From: Candidatus Woesearchaeota archaeon | GTDB taxonomy: Archaea > Nanobdellota > Nanobdellia > Woesearchaeales > GW2011-AR4 | Length of the DNA stretch: 64,000 nucleotides | NCBI GenBank assembly: GCA_016181305.1 | Contig: JACOZN010000005.1 | Coordinates: forward strand, 1-64,000 | Reading direction: 5' to 3' | In this document: positions 18,914 through 28,227 of the stretch, in pieces | Layout: each line of letters opens with the position of its first letter | Position numbering within the stretch: position 1 is the stretch's first letter | Translations under genes and position numbers: made by a program | Notes under the pieces: model-generated | The model's database searches: none | Told to the model about the DNA's origin: nothing | What the model saw: only the letters and a program-made list of their open reading frames with translations

Positions 18914-19243
18914 ATGAGGGGGTTGGTTATATTTGTGTCAGTACTTGTATTTATGGCTTCTTTTGGCTTTTTAGCTTCAGCTATCTACAGCGATAAAGCT
19001 GTAACTAGCATGGAAAACAGCCCAAAGCAGGAAGCAAAACAACTGGAATTCAGCACTTACACTACCGCTGTCTGTGAAAAGGGCAAAGATGTTGTTAAAT
19101 GCAGGGACGAGTTCTTTGTAAACTGCAACGGCACAGTCTCAAAAGCGATTGATGTTGCTGAATGCGAGGGCATAAAAGTCGAGATTCCGAAAGCGCTTGG
19201 GTTTGCGACTTTCGGAAGTGATTGGAAGGATCCGAGGAATTGA
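18914..19243 (+). CDS. Small secreted/membrane-anchored Cys-containing protein
   Basis: N-terminal hydrophobic helix, four Cys. Confidence 0.7.
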   Translation: MRGLVIFVSVLVFMASFGFLASAIYSDKAVTSMENSPKQEAKQLEFSTYTTAVCEKGKDVVKCRDEFFVNCNGTVSKAIDVAECEGIKVEIPKALGFATFGSDWKDPRN

Positions 19244-19245
19244 AA

Positions 19246-19692
19246 ATGGGGTTAGAACAAATAGTGGAAAAATTAAAGGTAATAGGGGTTTTCCCTAAAA
19301 CTGTGAATGAAAGTGCAGAAATCTTTAGAGATTGTGCTAAACCAGAAGCAATTGCAGGAGAAGTGGGCAGACGTCATTATTCATGTGGAGAAGAGCAATT
19401 TATTTATTTTCACTTAGGAGCTTTATTTAGATATGATTCACAATTTAAATCAAAATTCTTGGCAGACGCAAGACAAGAACTCGGCAATCTTGGAATACTC
19501 CCAGAAAATATTGATGAATATTTTCAAAGCGGGGCAGATCCTGGACTTGTGTTTATGTCAAGCCATGAACAAGAATATGGTTTAAGCGAAGTTAGATATC
19601 CTAGAGATGTTATGTTGAATTTTTCTAAACGAGCTGACCAATTTGCCCTTGACAAGTTGAGGGAATGGTTGGGCGTTAAAGAAAAAACCTAG
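19246..19692 (+). CDS. Hypothetical protein
   Basis: Open frame from ATG 19246, just after the upstream stop. Confidence 0.6.
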   Translation: MGLEQIVEKLKVIGVFPKTVNESAEIFRDCAKPEAIAGEVGRRHYSCGEEQFIYFHLGALFRYDSQFKSKFLADARQELGNLGILPENIDEYFQSGADPGLVFMSSHEQEYGLSEVRYPRDVMLNFSKRADQFALDKLREWLGVKEKT

Positions 19693-19719
19693 TTAAGATT
19701 CTTATAAACTAATCTAATT

Positions 19720-20244
19720 TCATTCCCCCTCCAAATCAACCAAAGTAATCACTTTATACTTTTCTTCGAGCTTTTTCATCCCGCCCAGGTCAGGCAGCCC
19801 GATTATGAAGGCGCACTCGACAACTTTGCCGCCTAGGCATTCAATTAGCTTGCATGCAGCCAAAGCGGTTCCTCCGGTTGCAATCAAATCATCAACAAGC
19901 AGAACCCTCGAGCCTTTTGGTATTGCATCAACATGGACTTCAACAACTGCCCTTCCATACTCCAATTCATAACTTTCCTTTTCTGTCTTTGCAGGGAGCT
20001 TGCCTTCCTTCCTTATTGGCACAAATCCCTTATGAAGCCTGTGGGCAATAGCGCCTCCAATAATAAACCCCCTGCTTTCAATTCCAGCGACCAAGTCAAT
20101 GTGGTAGTTTTTGTATCTTTCACAGAGCCTGTCAATTACATAGTTAAAGGCTTTCGCGTCTTTCAGCAATGTTGTAATGTCCCTGAACATTACTCCCTGC
20201 TTTGGCCAATTTGGGATTGTACGAATGGATGATTTTAGGTCCAT
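19720..20244 (-). CDS. apt: Adenine phosphoribosyltransferase
   Basis: PNWPKQGVMFRDIT, ESRGF, RKEGKLP, VLLVDDLIATGGT. Confidence 0.97.
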   Translation of the reverse strand: MDLKSSIRTIPNWPKQGVMFRDITTLLKDAKAFNYVIDRLCERYKNYHIDLVAGIESRGFIIGGAIAHRLHKGFVPIRKEGKLPAKTEKESYELEYGRAVVEVHVDAIPKGSRVLLVDDLIATGGTALAACKLIECLGGKVVECAFIIGLPDLGGMKKLEEKYKVITLVDLEGE

Positions 20245-20332
20245 AATAAAATGGTTTTTTAGGGGGTATTTATAGTTTTTTGATTTTTGATTATGAATAA
20301 ACTTTTAAATAATATTAGATTACTATGCTCTA

Positions 20333-21464
20333 ATGCTCGTCAACAGCCAAAACTATCGCACTGTATGGATGCAGGATTCTTCTGTTTACTTGATAAACCA
20401 GCAGTTATTGCCGCATAAATTCGAGATTTATCAGGCAAAAAATCATCTTGAAACAGCCGATGCAATCAAGACAATGATTGTGAGGGGAGCGCCTGCGATC
20501 GGCGCAACAGGGGCTTTTGGGGGGAGCGCCTGCGATCGGCGCAACAGGGGCTTTTGGGGTTGCGCAGGCTGCTTTGGAATTTACAGGCAAAGATTTTGAA
20601 AATTTTAAAATTCATCTGAGGAAGGCTGAACAAGTCCTGAAATCAACAAGGCCGACTGCCAATGACTTATTTTTTGGAATTGATTTCGTAATGAAAAAAG
20701 CCCTTGACAATTTTGACGCCGATATTGCAAAAAAATATGCGCTAAAAGCCGCGAATGAATACGCTGACTGGAGCGCTGAAATGTGCAGGCAGATAGGAGA
20801 GCACGGAAATAATCTAATAAAAAATAACCAGAACATTTTAACACACTGCAATGCAGGCGCCTTGGCCTGCGTTGATTTCGGCACTGCATTGTCACCTATA
20901 AGAATAGCCCATTACAGCAAAAAAAATATTTTTGTTTATGTAGATGAAACACGCCCAAGAAACCAGGGAGCTTCTTTGACAGCATGGGAGCTTGCTCAGG
21001 AAAAGATAAATCATGCGATAATAGCTGACAACGCTGCAGGGCATTTCATGAAGCGTGGTAAAATTGACATGGTTATCGTGGGCGCTGACAGGATTGCGAT
21101 GAACGGCGATGTGGCAAACAAGATAGGCACTTATGAAAAGGCTGTTTTGGCAAAAGAAAACAATGTTACATTTTATGTTGCAGCGCCGTCATCAACTTTT
21201 GACATAAGCGCAAAAACCGGAGAGGATATCCCAATAGAGGAAAGGAGTGAAGATGAGATTCTGTACATGCATGGAATGGACGAAAAAGGCAATATAAATA
21301 AATTTAGAATATCACCTAAGGAAAGCACTGCAAAAAACCCTGCCTTTGATGTGACGCCGGCAAAATATATTACTGGAATAATAACTGAAAGGGGAGTTAT
21401 AAAGCCGACAAAAGAGGAAATTGAGAGGTTTGTCGGGGGTAAAATAATTCAACAACCTTTATAA
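20333..21464 (+). pseudogene. mtnA: Methylthioribose-1-phosphate isomerase, frameshifted by a 37-bp tandem duplication (possibly an assembly error)
   Basis: MIVRGAPAIG, TRPTAN.L, LTHCNAGALA, DETRPRNQGA.LTAWEL, VGADRIA.NGD.ANKIGTY, NPAFDVTP motifs across two frames. Confidence 0.92.
20484..20557 (+). repeat. Exact 37-bp tandem duplication (20484-20520 = 20521-20557)
   Basis: GGGGAGCGCCTGCGATCGGCGCAACAGGGGCTTTTGG twice, with G-run microhomology at the junctions. Confidence 0.97.
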
Positions 21465-21495
21465 ACAATAGTTGTTTATCTAACATTGAAATAAA

Positions 21496-22305
21496 ATGGA
21501 TTGGGGGATGAAGAACAGGCTGGCGAGGATTTTCAATCAAAAGAGCGGCAGGACTGTGATGCTTGCTGTTGACCACGGCTATTTTCAGGGCCCTACAACC
21601 GGATTAAAAAAGCCAAGGGAGACAATAACCCCTTTGCTGCCTTACTCTGACTGCTTGTTTGTTACAAGGGGAGTTTTGAGAAATTGCATTGCTCCTGCAA
21701 CAGGCACGCCAATATTTTTGAGGGTTTCCGGAGGCCCAAGCGTTCTGGGAGAGCTTTCAAACGAGGACATAACAACATCTATGAAAGAGGCGTTAAGGCT
21801 GAATGCAGCTGGAGTCGGGATTTCTATTTTTGTAGGAGAAAAAAACGAGGACAGGACTATATCAAACCTTGGCAGGCTGGTGAATGAGGCAGAGGAATAC
21901 GGAATGCCTGTGCTTGCAATAACAGCAGTTGGCAAGGAGATGGCAAGAGATGCAAGATATCTTGGACTGGCGTGCAGGATTGCTGCAGAGATTGGAGCGC
22001 ATATGGTTAAGACCTATTATTGCGAGGAAGACTTTGAAAAGGTCGTTGAAGGCTGCCCTGTGCCGATTGTAATTGCAGGCGGAAAGAAGATTCCTGAAAA
22101 AGATGCCTTGCAGATGGCTTATAATGCAATAAGCAAAGGCGCTGCAGGAGTTGACATGGGCAGGAATATTTTCCAATCAGAAAACCCGGTTGCAATGATG
22201 CAGGCAGTGAGGGCTGTTGTCCATGATAATTATTCTGCTGATGAGGCTTTTGAAATGTTTAACAAATTGAAAGGGCAGAAAGTTGTTTCTAGTGTTGTGG
22301 AATAG
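21496..22305 (+). CDS. lsrF: 3-hydroxy-5-phosphonooxypentane-2,4-dione thiolase (LsrF, DhnA family)
   Basis: DWGM..RL.RIF, DHGYFQGPTTGL, VKTYY, GCPVPIVIAGGKK, GVDMGRNIFQS match the recalled E. coli LsrF sequence. Confidence 0.92.
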   Translation: MDWGMKNRLARIFNQKSGRTVMLAVDHGYFQGPTTGLKKPRETITPLLPYSDCLFVTRGVLRNCIAPATGTPIFLRVSGGPSVLGELSNEDITTSMKEALRLNAAGVGISIFVGEKNEDRTISNLGRLVNEAEEYGMPVLAITAVGKEMARDARYLGLACRIAAEIGAHMVKTYYCEEDFEKVVEGCPVPIVIAGGKKIPEKDALQMAYNAISKGAAGVDMGRNIFQSENPVAMMQAVRAVVHDNYSADEAFEMFNKLKGQKVVSSVVE

Positions 22306-22342
22306 AAAGTTATTTATACAGGTATTTTGAAGAATAACTTTT

Positions 22343-22912
22343 GTGCTAAAAAACAAGAAAGCGGCATCATTCGGGACAATTGTCGCCATTTTTGGCTCTG
22401 TACTTATTGCTCTTGGCGTTGCCTGGCTTATTGCGCAAAATTGGCACCAGATGCCTGCACCGCTCAAAATTTTCATTCTTCTTGCGGCGACAAGCGGGGC
22501 TTACACAGCGGGCACGATACTTAGAGTTCGCGATTATCACGGCATTGGAAAGGCACTGCTTGTCCTGGGCGCATTGCTTTACACCCTAAGCATTTTTTTG
22601 ATTGCGCAGATATACTCAACCAAAGTAACTTTTCAGGGGCAGGCTTGGCTATGGCTATTGGCTTGGGCTGGGATTTTTGCTGCTTCATATGGATTCCAGT
22701 CTTCGGCAAGCTATGTTGTTGCAGTAATCGAATACGGCATATGGGTTATTATCCAGACTTTCGCATTTTTTGAATCGGCAGGTTTATTTTCTGGAGGTGG
22801 TTATGGGCATGCTGTTCTTGCATCATTTTTCATGGTTTCTGGAATTGCCTTAGCGCTAACAACCGGCTCAGCCTTATACCTTAAATGGAGGGAATCAAAA
22901 TCGCCTGGCTAG
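22343..22912 (+). CDS. DUF2157-like membrane protein
   Basis: GSVLIALGVAWLIAQNW...LIAQIY signature. Confidence 0.75.
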   Translation: MLKNKKAASFGTIVAIFGSVLIALGVAWLIAQNWHQMPAPLKIFILLAATSGAYTAGTILRVRDYHGIGKALLVLGALLYTLSIFLIAQIYSTKVTFQGQAWLWLLAWAGIFAASYGFQSSASYVVAVIEYGIWVIIQTFAFFESAGLFSGGGYGHAVLASFFMVSGIALALTTGSALYLKWRESKSPG

Positions 22913-24018
22913 GATACTTTGGATACTTTGGAATATTCTTTTGGTTGATTTTTTTGATACCTGTAATAATAGTTGTGGCATGGTTTTTCTCTCGTAGGAA
23001 AACAACAAAAACATTTCAAGATGCATTATATACCATCTATGGACTCTTATCGTCAAATATAATCTTCTGGCTTGCGCTTATGCTCCTTAGAATTTCAAAA
23101 TTACAGCATGCAGTTTATGTTTTGCTTTTGGCAATGGTTGTAGTTGCAGTCATTGCTTACTATTTCCAATCATCTGGGAGCCTTATGCTGGCAATGTTAG
23201 AGCTTGTTACTTTAGTTATACTGCAATATGCAGCATTTATAGAAGCAAAAGAAGATTTTATCTCGCCGGGGTTCTTGGCATTTTACTTGCTCCTCGTAGG
23301 ACTTATTCTTTATGGCTTAAGCTTGGTGCACAGGGCTATGAAGCACAAGTTTGGCAGGGTATTTCAGGAATGGAGCGCTTTTTATTTGCTTTTATTTAGC
23401 TATATTCTTTCCTTTCAGATTTTGCTGCCTTACTTATGGCCAAGCGAGTCAAAATCCACAACAGGAGCTGTAGCAATGCTGTTCATAATGGCTGTGCTGG
23501 CTATTGCTTCCTTGGTCATTGGAGTGATGGGCTCGGTAAGCAACAAATCTGTTCAAAACAGGGAAATAGGCTTATTTGTTGTTTTTGTGGTATTGCTGTC
23601 TTTGCTCATATGGGCTACTAGTTTTGTTTCTGATTCGCAAGCAGATTATGGCTATTATGGAAGAGGTCCTTCTGTTTCTGGCCCGCTGCTTTATGTGTGG
23701 ATTTTCTCTAACACTATCTTTATAGGAATAATTCTTGCAATAATCGGCTATGGAACATGGCAGAAAATTCCTAAGATAATCAATTTAGGCATATTATTCT
23801 TTGCCGTTGACATTATTACAAGATATATTGGGTTTATAATGGACTATTGGGGTTACACAAGCCTTGCCATAATATTCATAAGCGGGGGGCTTATTTTGCT
23901 GGCAGGTGGATATGGAATAGAGAAATGGCGAAGGAGTTTAATAAGCAAGGCAAAATCGGGAACAATTCCACCATCTTCTAGGACTCCGCAATCAACTGCA
24001 AGATATACAAGAAAATGA
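22885..24018 (+). CDS. Polytopic membrane protein (DUF2157/DUF4401-like)
   Basis: About 10 TM segments; C-terminal INLG..F...II.RY...D.W...S..FI.GG pattern. Confidence 0.7.
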   Translation: MEGIKIAWLGYFGYFGIFFWLIFLIPVIIVVAWFFSRRKTTKTFQDALYTIYGLLSSNIIFWLALMLLRISKLQHAVYVLLLAMVVVAVIAYYFQSSGSLMLAMLELVTLVILQYAAFIEAKEDFISPGFLAFYLLLVGLILYGLSLVHRAMKHKFGRVFQEWSAFYLLLFSYILSFQILLPYLWPSESKSTTGAVAMLFIMAVLAIASLVIGVMGSVSNKSVQNREIGLFVVFVVLLSLLIWATSFVSDSQADYGYYGRGPSVSGPLLYVWIFSNTIFIGIILAIIGYGTWQKIPKIINLGILFFAVDIITRYIGFIMDYWGYTSLAIIFISGGLILLAGGYGIEKWRRSLISKAKSGTIPPSSRTPQSTARYTRK

Positions 24019-24530
24019 ACCAGTATGCTCGCTTAATAATCGTTTTGGCAATACTTCTTGGTATATCGGGCACTTTTCTTCTTTATCTGGCATGGCCATC
24101 ACTTACTGGACAAACAATTGTTCTGGCTTTAAGGCCAGTTGATCCCTTTGACCCTTTCAGGGGGCAGTATATAACTCTTAATTATGAGATAAATGCTATT
24201 CCCTCTGTTGATGGCGCAAAGGAAAGCGATGCAGTTTATATCTCCTTGAAGGAAGATGAAAACAAAATTTGGAGGTACGAATCAGCATCTTTGGAAAAAC
24301 CGCAGCGAGGCATATTTATTAAAGGAACAATAAAATCAATTTATGGCGGCACAACGAGAGTTGAATATGGCATTGAGCAATTCTTCTTTGAAAGGCATGC
24401 GGAATTTCCCCAGCGCGATTTAACCGTCGAAGTGAAAGTAAGCAGTTCCGGGCAGGCAAGAATATCCCAATTGCTGCATGAAGGCAATCCAATTAACATA
24501 ACTTACAGAAAACCAAGCCTGACTTCTTAA
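24015..24530 (+). CDS. GDYXXLXY-family protein
   Basis: L.L.PVDPFDPFRGQYITLNY and YGIEQFF motifs; ATGA overlap. Confidence 0.88.
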   Translation: MNQYARLIIVLAILLGISGTFLLYLAWPSLTGQTIVLALRPVDPFDPFRGQYITLNYEINAIPSVDGAKESDAVYISLKEDENKIWRYESASLEKPQRGIFIKGTIKSIYGGTTRVEYGIEQFFFERHAEFPQRDLTVEVKVSSSGQARISQLLHEGNPINITYRKPSLTS

Positions 24531-24570
24531 TCACAAAACCTTTTTATAAGCATTAAATATTCTTTTCTTT

Positions 24571-25596
24571 ATGAAAGTTGCAGTCTATTACAACAACAAG
24601 GATGTAAGGATAGAAGAGCGCCCAGTTCCGGCAATAAGCGACGGCGAGATTCTTGTAAAGGTAATTGCTTCAGGAATCTGCGGCAGCGATGTCATGGAGT
24701 GGTACAGGATAAAGAAAGCGCCTCTTGTCCTGGGGCATGAATTCAGCGGCGTTATTGAAAAAACCGGCAAAAATGTGAAAAATTTCAAGATTGGCGACAG
24801 GGTTATGGTTTCCCATCATGTGCCGTGCATGAAATGCCATTACTGCCTGAACAACCACCATACTGCATGCGAAACACTCCATAAGACAAACATTGAGCCC
24901 GGAGGATTCTCGGAATACATAAGAGTCCCGAAAATAAATGTTGAATTAGGGACTTTTAAGCTGCCAGATGATATTTCTTTTGAAGAAGGCACTTTTGTCG
25001 AGCCTGTTGGGACTACTATAAGAGCGCAGAGGCTGGCAAATTTAAACAATAACCAAACATTGCTTGTAATCGGAAGCGGCATCTCTGGATTAATGCATAT
25101 AAAATTGGCAAAATCAAAAGGCGTCAAAAAAATAATCGCAGCTGACATTAATGAATACAGGCTGAATGCTGCAAAAAAATTCGGGGCGGATTTTGCTTTG
25201 GATGCAAATCAAGATTTAATTGAAAAAATAAAAGAAATAAACGAAGAAAGGCTGGCAGATTTGGTAATTGTATGCGCAGGCGCAATGCCGGCTGCAAAGC
25301 AAGCCTTCCAATGCGTTGACAAGGGCGGCACAATCATGTTTTTTGCAGTTCCTAAGCCCGATGAACATTTTGAAATTCCAATAAATGATTTCTGGAGGAA
25401 TGAAATAAAAATAATGACTTCTTACGGCGCTGCGCCGGATGATTTAAAAGAGTCATTGGAACTGATTAAAAATAAAAAGATAAATGTTGCTGATATGATA
25501 ACGCACAGATTAAAGTTTGATGAAATACAGAAGGGGTTTCAGTTGGTTGCTGAGGCTAAAGATTCTTTGAAGGTTATTGTTTACCCAAATAAATAA
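24571..25596 (+). CDS. Zn-dependent (sorbitol/threonine dehydrogenase-like) MDR alcohol dehydrogenase
   Basis: GICGSD, GHEFSG, CxxCxxC...C structural Zn site, GSGISG, acidic residue (ADINEYR) suggesting NAD. Confidence 0.93.
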   Translation: MKVAVYYNNKDVRIEERPVPAISDGEILVKVIASGICGSDVMEWYRIKKAPLVLGHEFSGVIEKTGKNVKNFKIGDRVMVSHHVPCMKCHYCLNNHHTACETLHKTNIEPGGFSEYIRVPKINVELGTFKLPDDISFEEGTFVEPVGTTIRAQRLANLNNNQTLLVIGSGISGLMHIKLAKSKGVKKIIAADINEYRLNAAKKFGADFALDANQDLIEKIKEINEERLADLVIVCAGAMPAAKQAFQCVDKGGTIMFFAVPKPDEHFEIPINDFWRNEIKIMTSYGAAPDDLKESLELIKNKKINVADMITHRLKFDEIQKGFQLVAEAKDSLKVIVYPNK

Positions 25597-25661
25597 AATG
25601 TGAATAAAAATACAATAAAAACTAATTCGTGAAAAAATAATCCGATAATGAAAATAAAATC

Positions 25662-26611
25662 AAAAAATCACGAGAGCGACTTTTTGCTGCAAAAGTTATT
25701 AAAGTAATCCGCTTGTGATTTTTTTATTAAAAATCATTCTCCGCCAATCACCGCACTCTTTATATCTTCCCTGCACCGGCAGTCAATGTAATTTATTTTT
25801 GGAATGGCTTCAAGTAGCAATTTTTTCACATTCTCGGCATTCTTGCGCATTGTTTTCAAAATCATCCCGATATTGACGCCGTCTTCATGCGGATGCCAGA
25901 CATCGAAGTCCGTTGACATCGCGACAATCGCATAGCAAATCCCAGCTTCCCTTGCCAAAACAACTTCTGGCACAGTGCTCATGTTGATGACATCAGCATT
26001 CCATTGCCTGTACATGTGGCTCTCTGCCTTTGTAGAAAATCTAGGTCCTTCAATTGTTACAACCGTGCCTTTCTTGTGATGCTCAAATTTCATCTCTTTT
26101 GCGGCTTCTGCAAGCAGTTCCCTTAATCTTTTGCAAAAAGGCTCTGCCATCGGAATGTGGCAGACTTTATCAGAATCATAAAAAGTTTGATGCCTTTTTG
26201 TTGTCCTGTCAATGAACTGGTCGCAGAAAACCAAATGCCCGGGCTTTATCTCCTCCCTCAAAGAGCCGCATGCAGTTGTTGCAATTATATGGGTGCAGCC
26301 CTGCTCTTTCAATGCCATTATGTTTGCCCTGTAATTGACATTGCTCGGCATTATTGTGTGCTTTTTGCCGTGTCTTGCCAGAATCACAACGTTAACATTC
26401 CCTATTTTGCCTATTACTAAAGCGCTTGAGGGGTTGCCGAATCCTGTTGTTGAATTTATTTCTCTTGCATCTTTCAGAATTCTCGGATCTTCCAATCCAG
26501 AGCCGCCAATTATGCCGATTTTTATTATCCCAACCACCTATTAATTATTAATAAATCACAAGCTGGTCTCCTCACTCACCATGCTTATAGAGGACGCTCT
26601 CGTTATTTTTT
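25662..26611. repeat. Imperfect 19-bp inverted repeats (17/19) flanking mtnP (25662-25680 / 26593-26611)
   Basis: AAAAAATCACGAGAGCGAC versus reverse complement AAAAAATAACGAGAGCGTC. Confidence 0.45.
25734..26537 (-). CDS. mtnP: S-methyl-5'-thioadenosine phosphorylase
   Basis: [56 protein letters not shown]. Confidence 0.95.
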   Translation of the reverse strand: MVGIIKIGIIGGSGLEDPRILKDAREINSTTGFGNPSSALVIGKIGNVNVVILARHGKKHTIMPSNVNYRANIMALKEQGCTHIIATTACGSLREEIKPGHLVFCDQFIDRTTKRHQTFYDSDKVCHIPMAEPFCKRLRELLAEAAKEMKFEHHKKGTVVTIEGPRFSTKAESHMYRQWNADVINMSTVPEVVLAREAGICYAIVAMSTDFDVWHPHEDGVNIGMILKTMRKNAENVKKLLLEAIPKINYIDCRCREDIKSAVIGGE

Positions 26612-26650
26612 ATTTAAAATTTTAATTTATTACATCAATTACAACAAAAT

Positions 26651-27205
26651 CTATTTCTCAGCCTTAACCTTTAATGGGCTTTTTATTGCTTTATCGCTTA
26701 TGATTGCAGAGTTTCCGCTCGGGTCCTCAATTATGATTTTCTGCTTTTCCTGCCCCCACGCTATCCTTGTCAGCTTCTTCAGGAGGTTTTTTGCCTTCTG
26801 CCTGTCTTCGTCATCCTCTGCAGCCTCTTTCAGCGATTCAATCTGGTATTTTACCCTGTTCAGTATGCCCTCTATGTTTGTCACGTAGCCCTGCGCCGCA
26901 GGCCCGGGAGTTATTGTCGTGACATGGGGTATTTTGACAGTTGCCTCGGATGACTTGACAACCCTTACTTTCATGTCCTCTTCGCTGGAAATCTCAAACT
27001 CGAACTTCACAGGCTCTTTCTGCTCTGTTGCCTCAACATCAGCCTTATGGTACTTGCAGTTGTTGCAGGTCATTGAGAAAAGATAAACCTTGCCGAAGTA
27101 AGGCACTTCTGTTTCCCTTTCCGTCAGAATCAATGTTTTTTCGTGGCACAGCGGGCAGAGCTGCTGCTCGAAATCACCTTCAGATACGCTTTCTTCTTTA
27201 GGCAT
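26651..27205 (-). CDS. ZPR1 zinc-finger protein
   Basis: CPLC...PYFGKV...CNNC; VTNIEG; DPSGNSAI. Confidence 0.93.
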   Translation of the reverse strand: MPKEESVSEGDFEQQLCPLCHEKTLILTERETEVPYFGKVYLFSMTCNNCKYHKADVEATEQKEPVKFEFEISSEEDMKVRVVKSSEATVKIPHVTTITPGPAAQGYVTNIEGILNRVKYQIESLKEAAEDDEDRQKAKNLLKKLTRIAWGQEKQKIIIEDPSGNSAIISDKAIKSPLKVKAEK

Positions 27206-27241
27206 AAACTCTTTAGAAAAGGGTTTATTTTTATAGTTTTC

Positions 27242-27290
27242 GGAAAAATCAAGATTTTTCCAGAACTCAGAAAATCGTTGATTTTTGATA
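27242..27290. repeat. REP-like tandem hairpins (GGAAAAATC-aa-GATTTTTCC; AAAATC-gtt-GATTTT)
   Basis: Two adjacent inverted repeats; related CTCAGAAA..GATTT motif at 28142-28195. Confidence 0.5.
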
Positions 27291-27298
27291 GTTTTTGG

Positions 27299-27550
27299 TT
27301 ATTTAGGAAAGTATAGGAAAGCAGCCTGTGACGGAATCAAGTCAAGCGAAGTTTTGTAAAACTTTTTAATTGCTTCCCTAACATAAAACTCGACATTTTG
27401 TGCATGTTGGTCCTTCGGAACAGGAATGCCATGAGAATACAATGCATAGTTTAATAGTTCTCTCCTAATGCTATATGCTAGCCTACTAACTAAGGAATTA
27501 ACTTCTACATCAGCTTTTAACCTTTGTCCAACGTCCCTCAAAGCACCCAT
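27299..27550 (-). CDS. Hypothetical protein (83 aa)
   Basis: ATG-initiated ORF between sepF and ZPR1, same strand. Confidence 0.5.
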   Translation of the reverse strand: MGALRDVGQRLKADVEVNSLVSRLAYSIRRELLNYALYSHGIPVPKDQHAQNVEFYVREAIKKFYKTSLDLIPSQAAFLYFPK

Positions 27551-27583
27551 CTTTAGTAGAAGATTAAAATATCAAAAGAAAAC

Positions 27584-28024
27584 CTATTCCTCGTATTCAG
27601 CAACTTCCACGCTTTCTGCCTTCTTGCCTTCATCCTTTGAGGGCTTGGGTCCCCTGTATATGTGGGCAAAGTTCGGCACAGCTGCAATCCAGTTCTCTCC
27701 AAATCCCGCTATATCGCCTTCAATGGCATCGCAGGTTTTCTTGAGCTTGTTGACCGCCCTTTTCAGCTCAACAAGGTCCTTGTCTTTCAGCGGCTTGATA
27801 TTGACTAGTGCAATTGTGCGGCCTTCCCTCAATGCATCAAGTATTGGCTTTATATGCTCAAACTCCTCGATTATAAACGGCCTTACCATGAGCTTTGACT
27901 TTGCGTCTGCTGCAGACTCGCTTCCAAGCTCAACATATCCCTGCTCGGCTTCCTCAAACATCTCAGAACCAGAGCCGGTTCCCAGTTTTTCCTTCAGCTT
28001 GCTTAAAAATCCCATCAAAATCAC
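27584..28024 (-). CDS. sepF: Cell division protein SepF
   Basis: I.DALREG.TIALVNIKPL...LKRAVNKLK....IEGDIAG. Confidence 0.9.
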   Translation of the reverse strand: MILMGFLSKLKEKLGTGSGSEMFEEAEQGYVELGSESAADAKSKLMVRPFIIEEFEHIKPILDALREGRTIALVNIKPLKDKDLVELKRAVNKLKKTCDAIEGDIAGFGENWIAAVPNFAHIYRGPKPSKDEGKKAESVEVAEYEE

Positions 28025-28227
28025 CTTCTTATTTAGTTTAATATTTTTAAATCAGTTTCCCGTAAGTTAGCAGATATATAAATCTTTCTATTCTGCTGAG
28101 TAGTAAATAAAATTTTTAATTGGGAAGTGCAGGACAGGAACCTATCAAAAAGCTGAGAGATTTTGAGAGGCTCAGAAATTTCACGGATTTCGAAACCTTT
28201 TTATAATCACCTCAGTTCCGAAAGCCC

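Noticed and set aside
21496-22305. AI-2 quorum-sensing (lsr) locus
   Set aside because: No lsrK, lsrG, lsrR or lsrABCD nearby; the context is mtnA/mtnP/apt.
26545-26610. Riboswitch upstream of mtnP
   Set aside because: A hairpin is possible, but there is no match to SAM or SAH riboswitch consensus features I can recognise.
27468-28070. Long antisense or alternative-frame ORFs in the track (e.g. 434-973, 10625-11053, 27468-28070, 29338-29880, 47559-48029)
   Set aside because: They overlap well-supported genes on the other strand or frame and show no motifs; treated as shadow ORFs.
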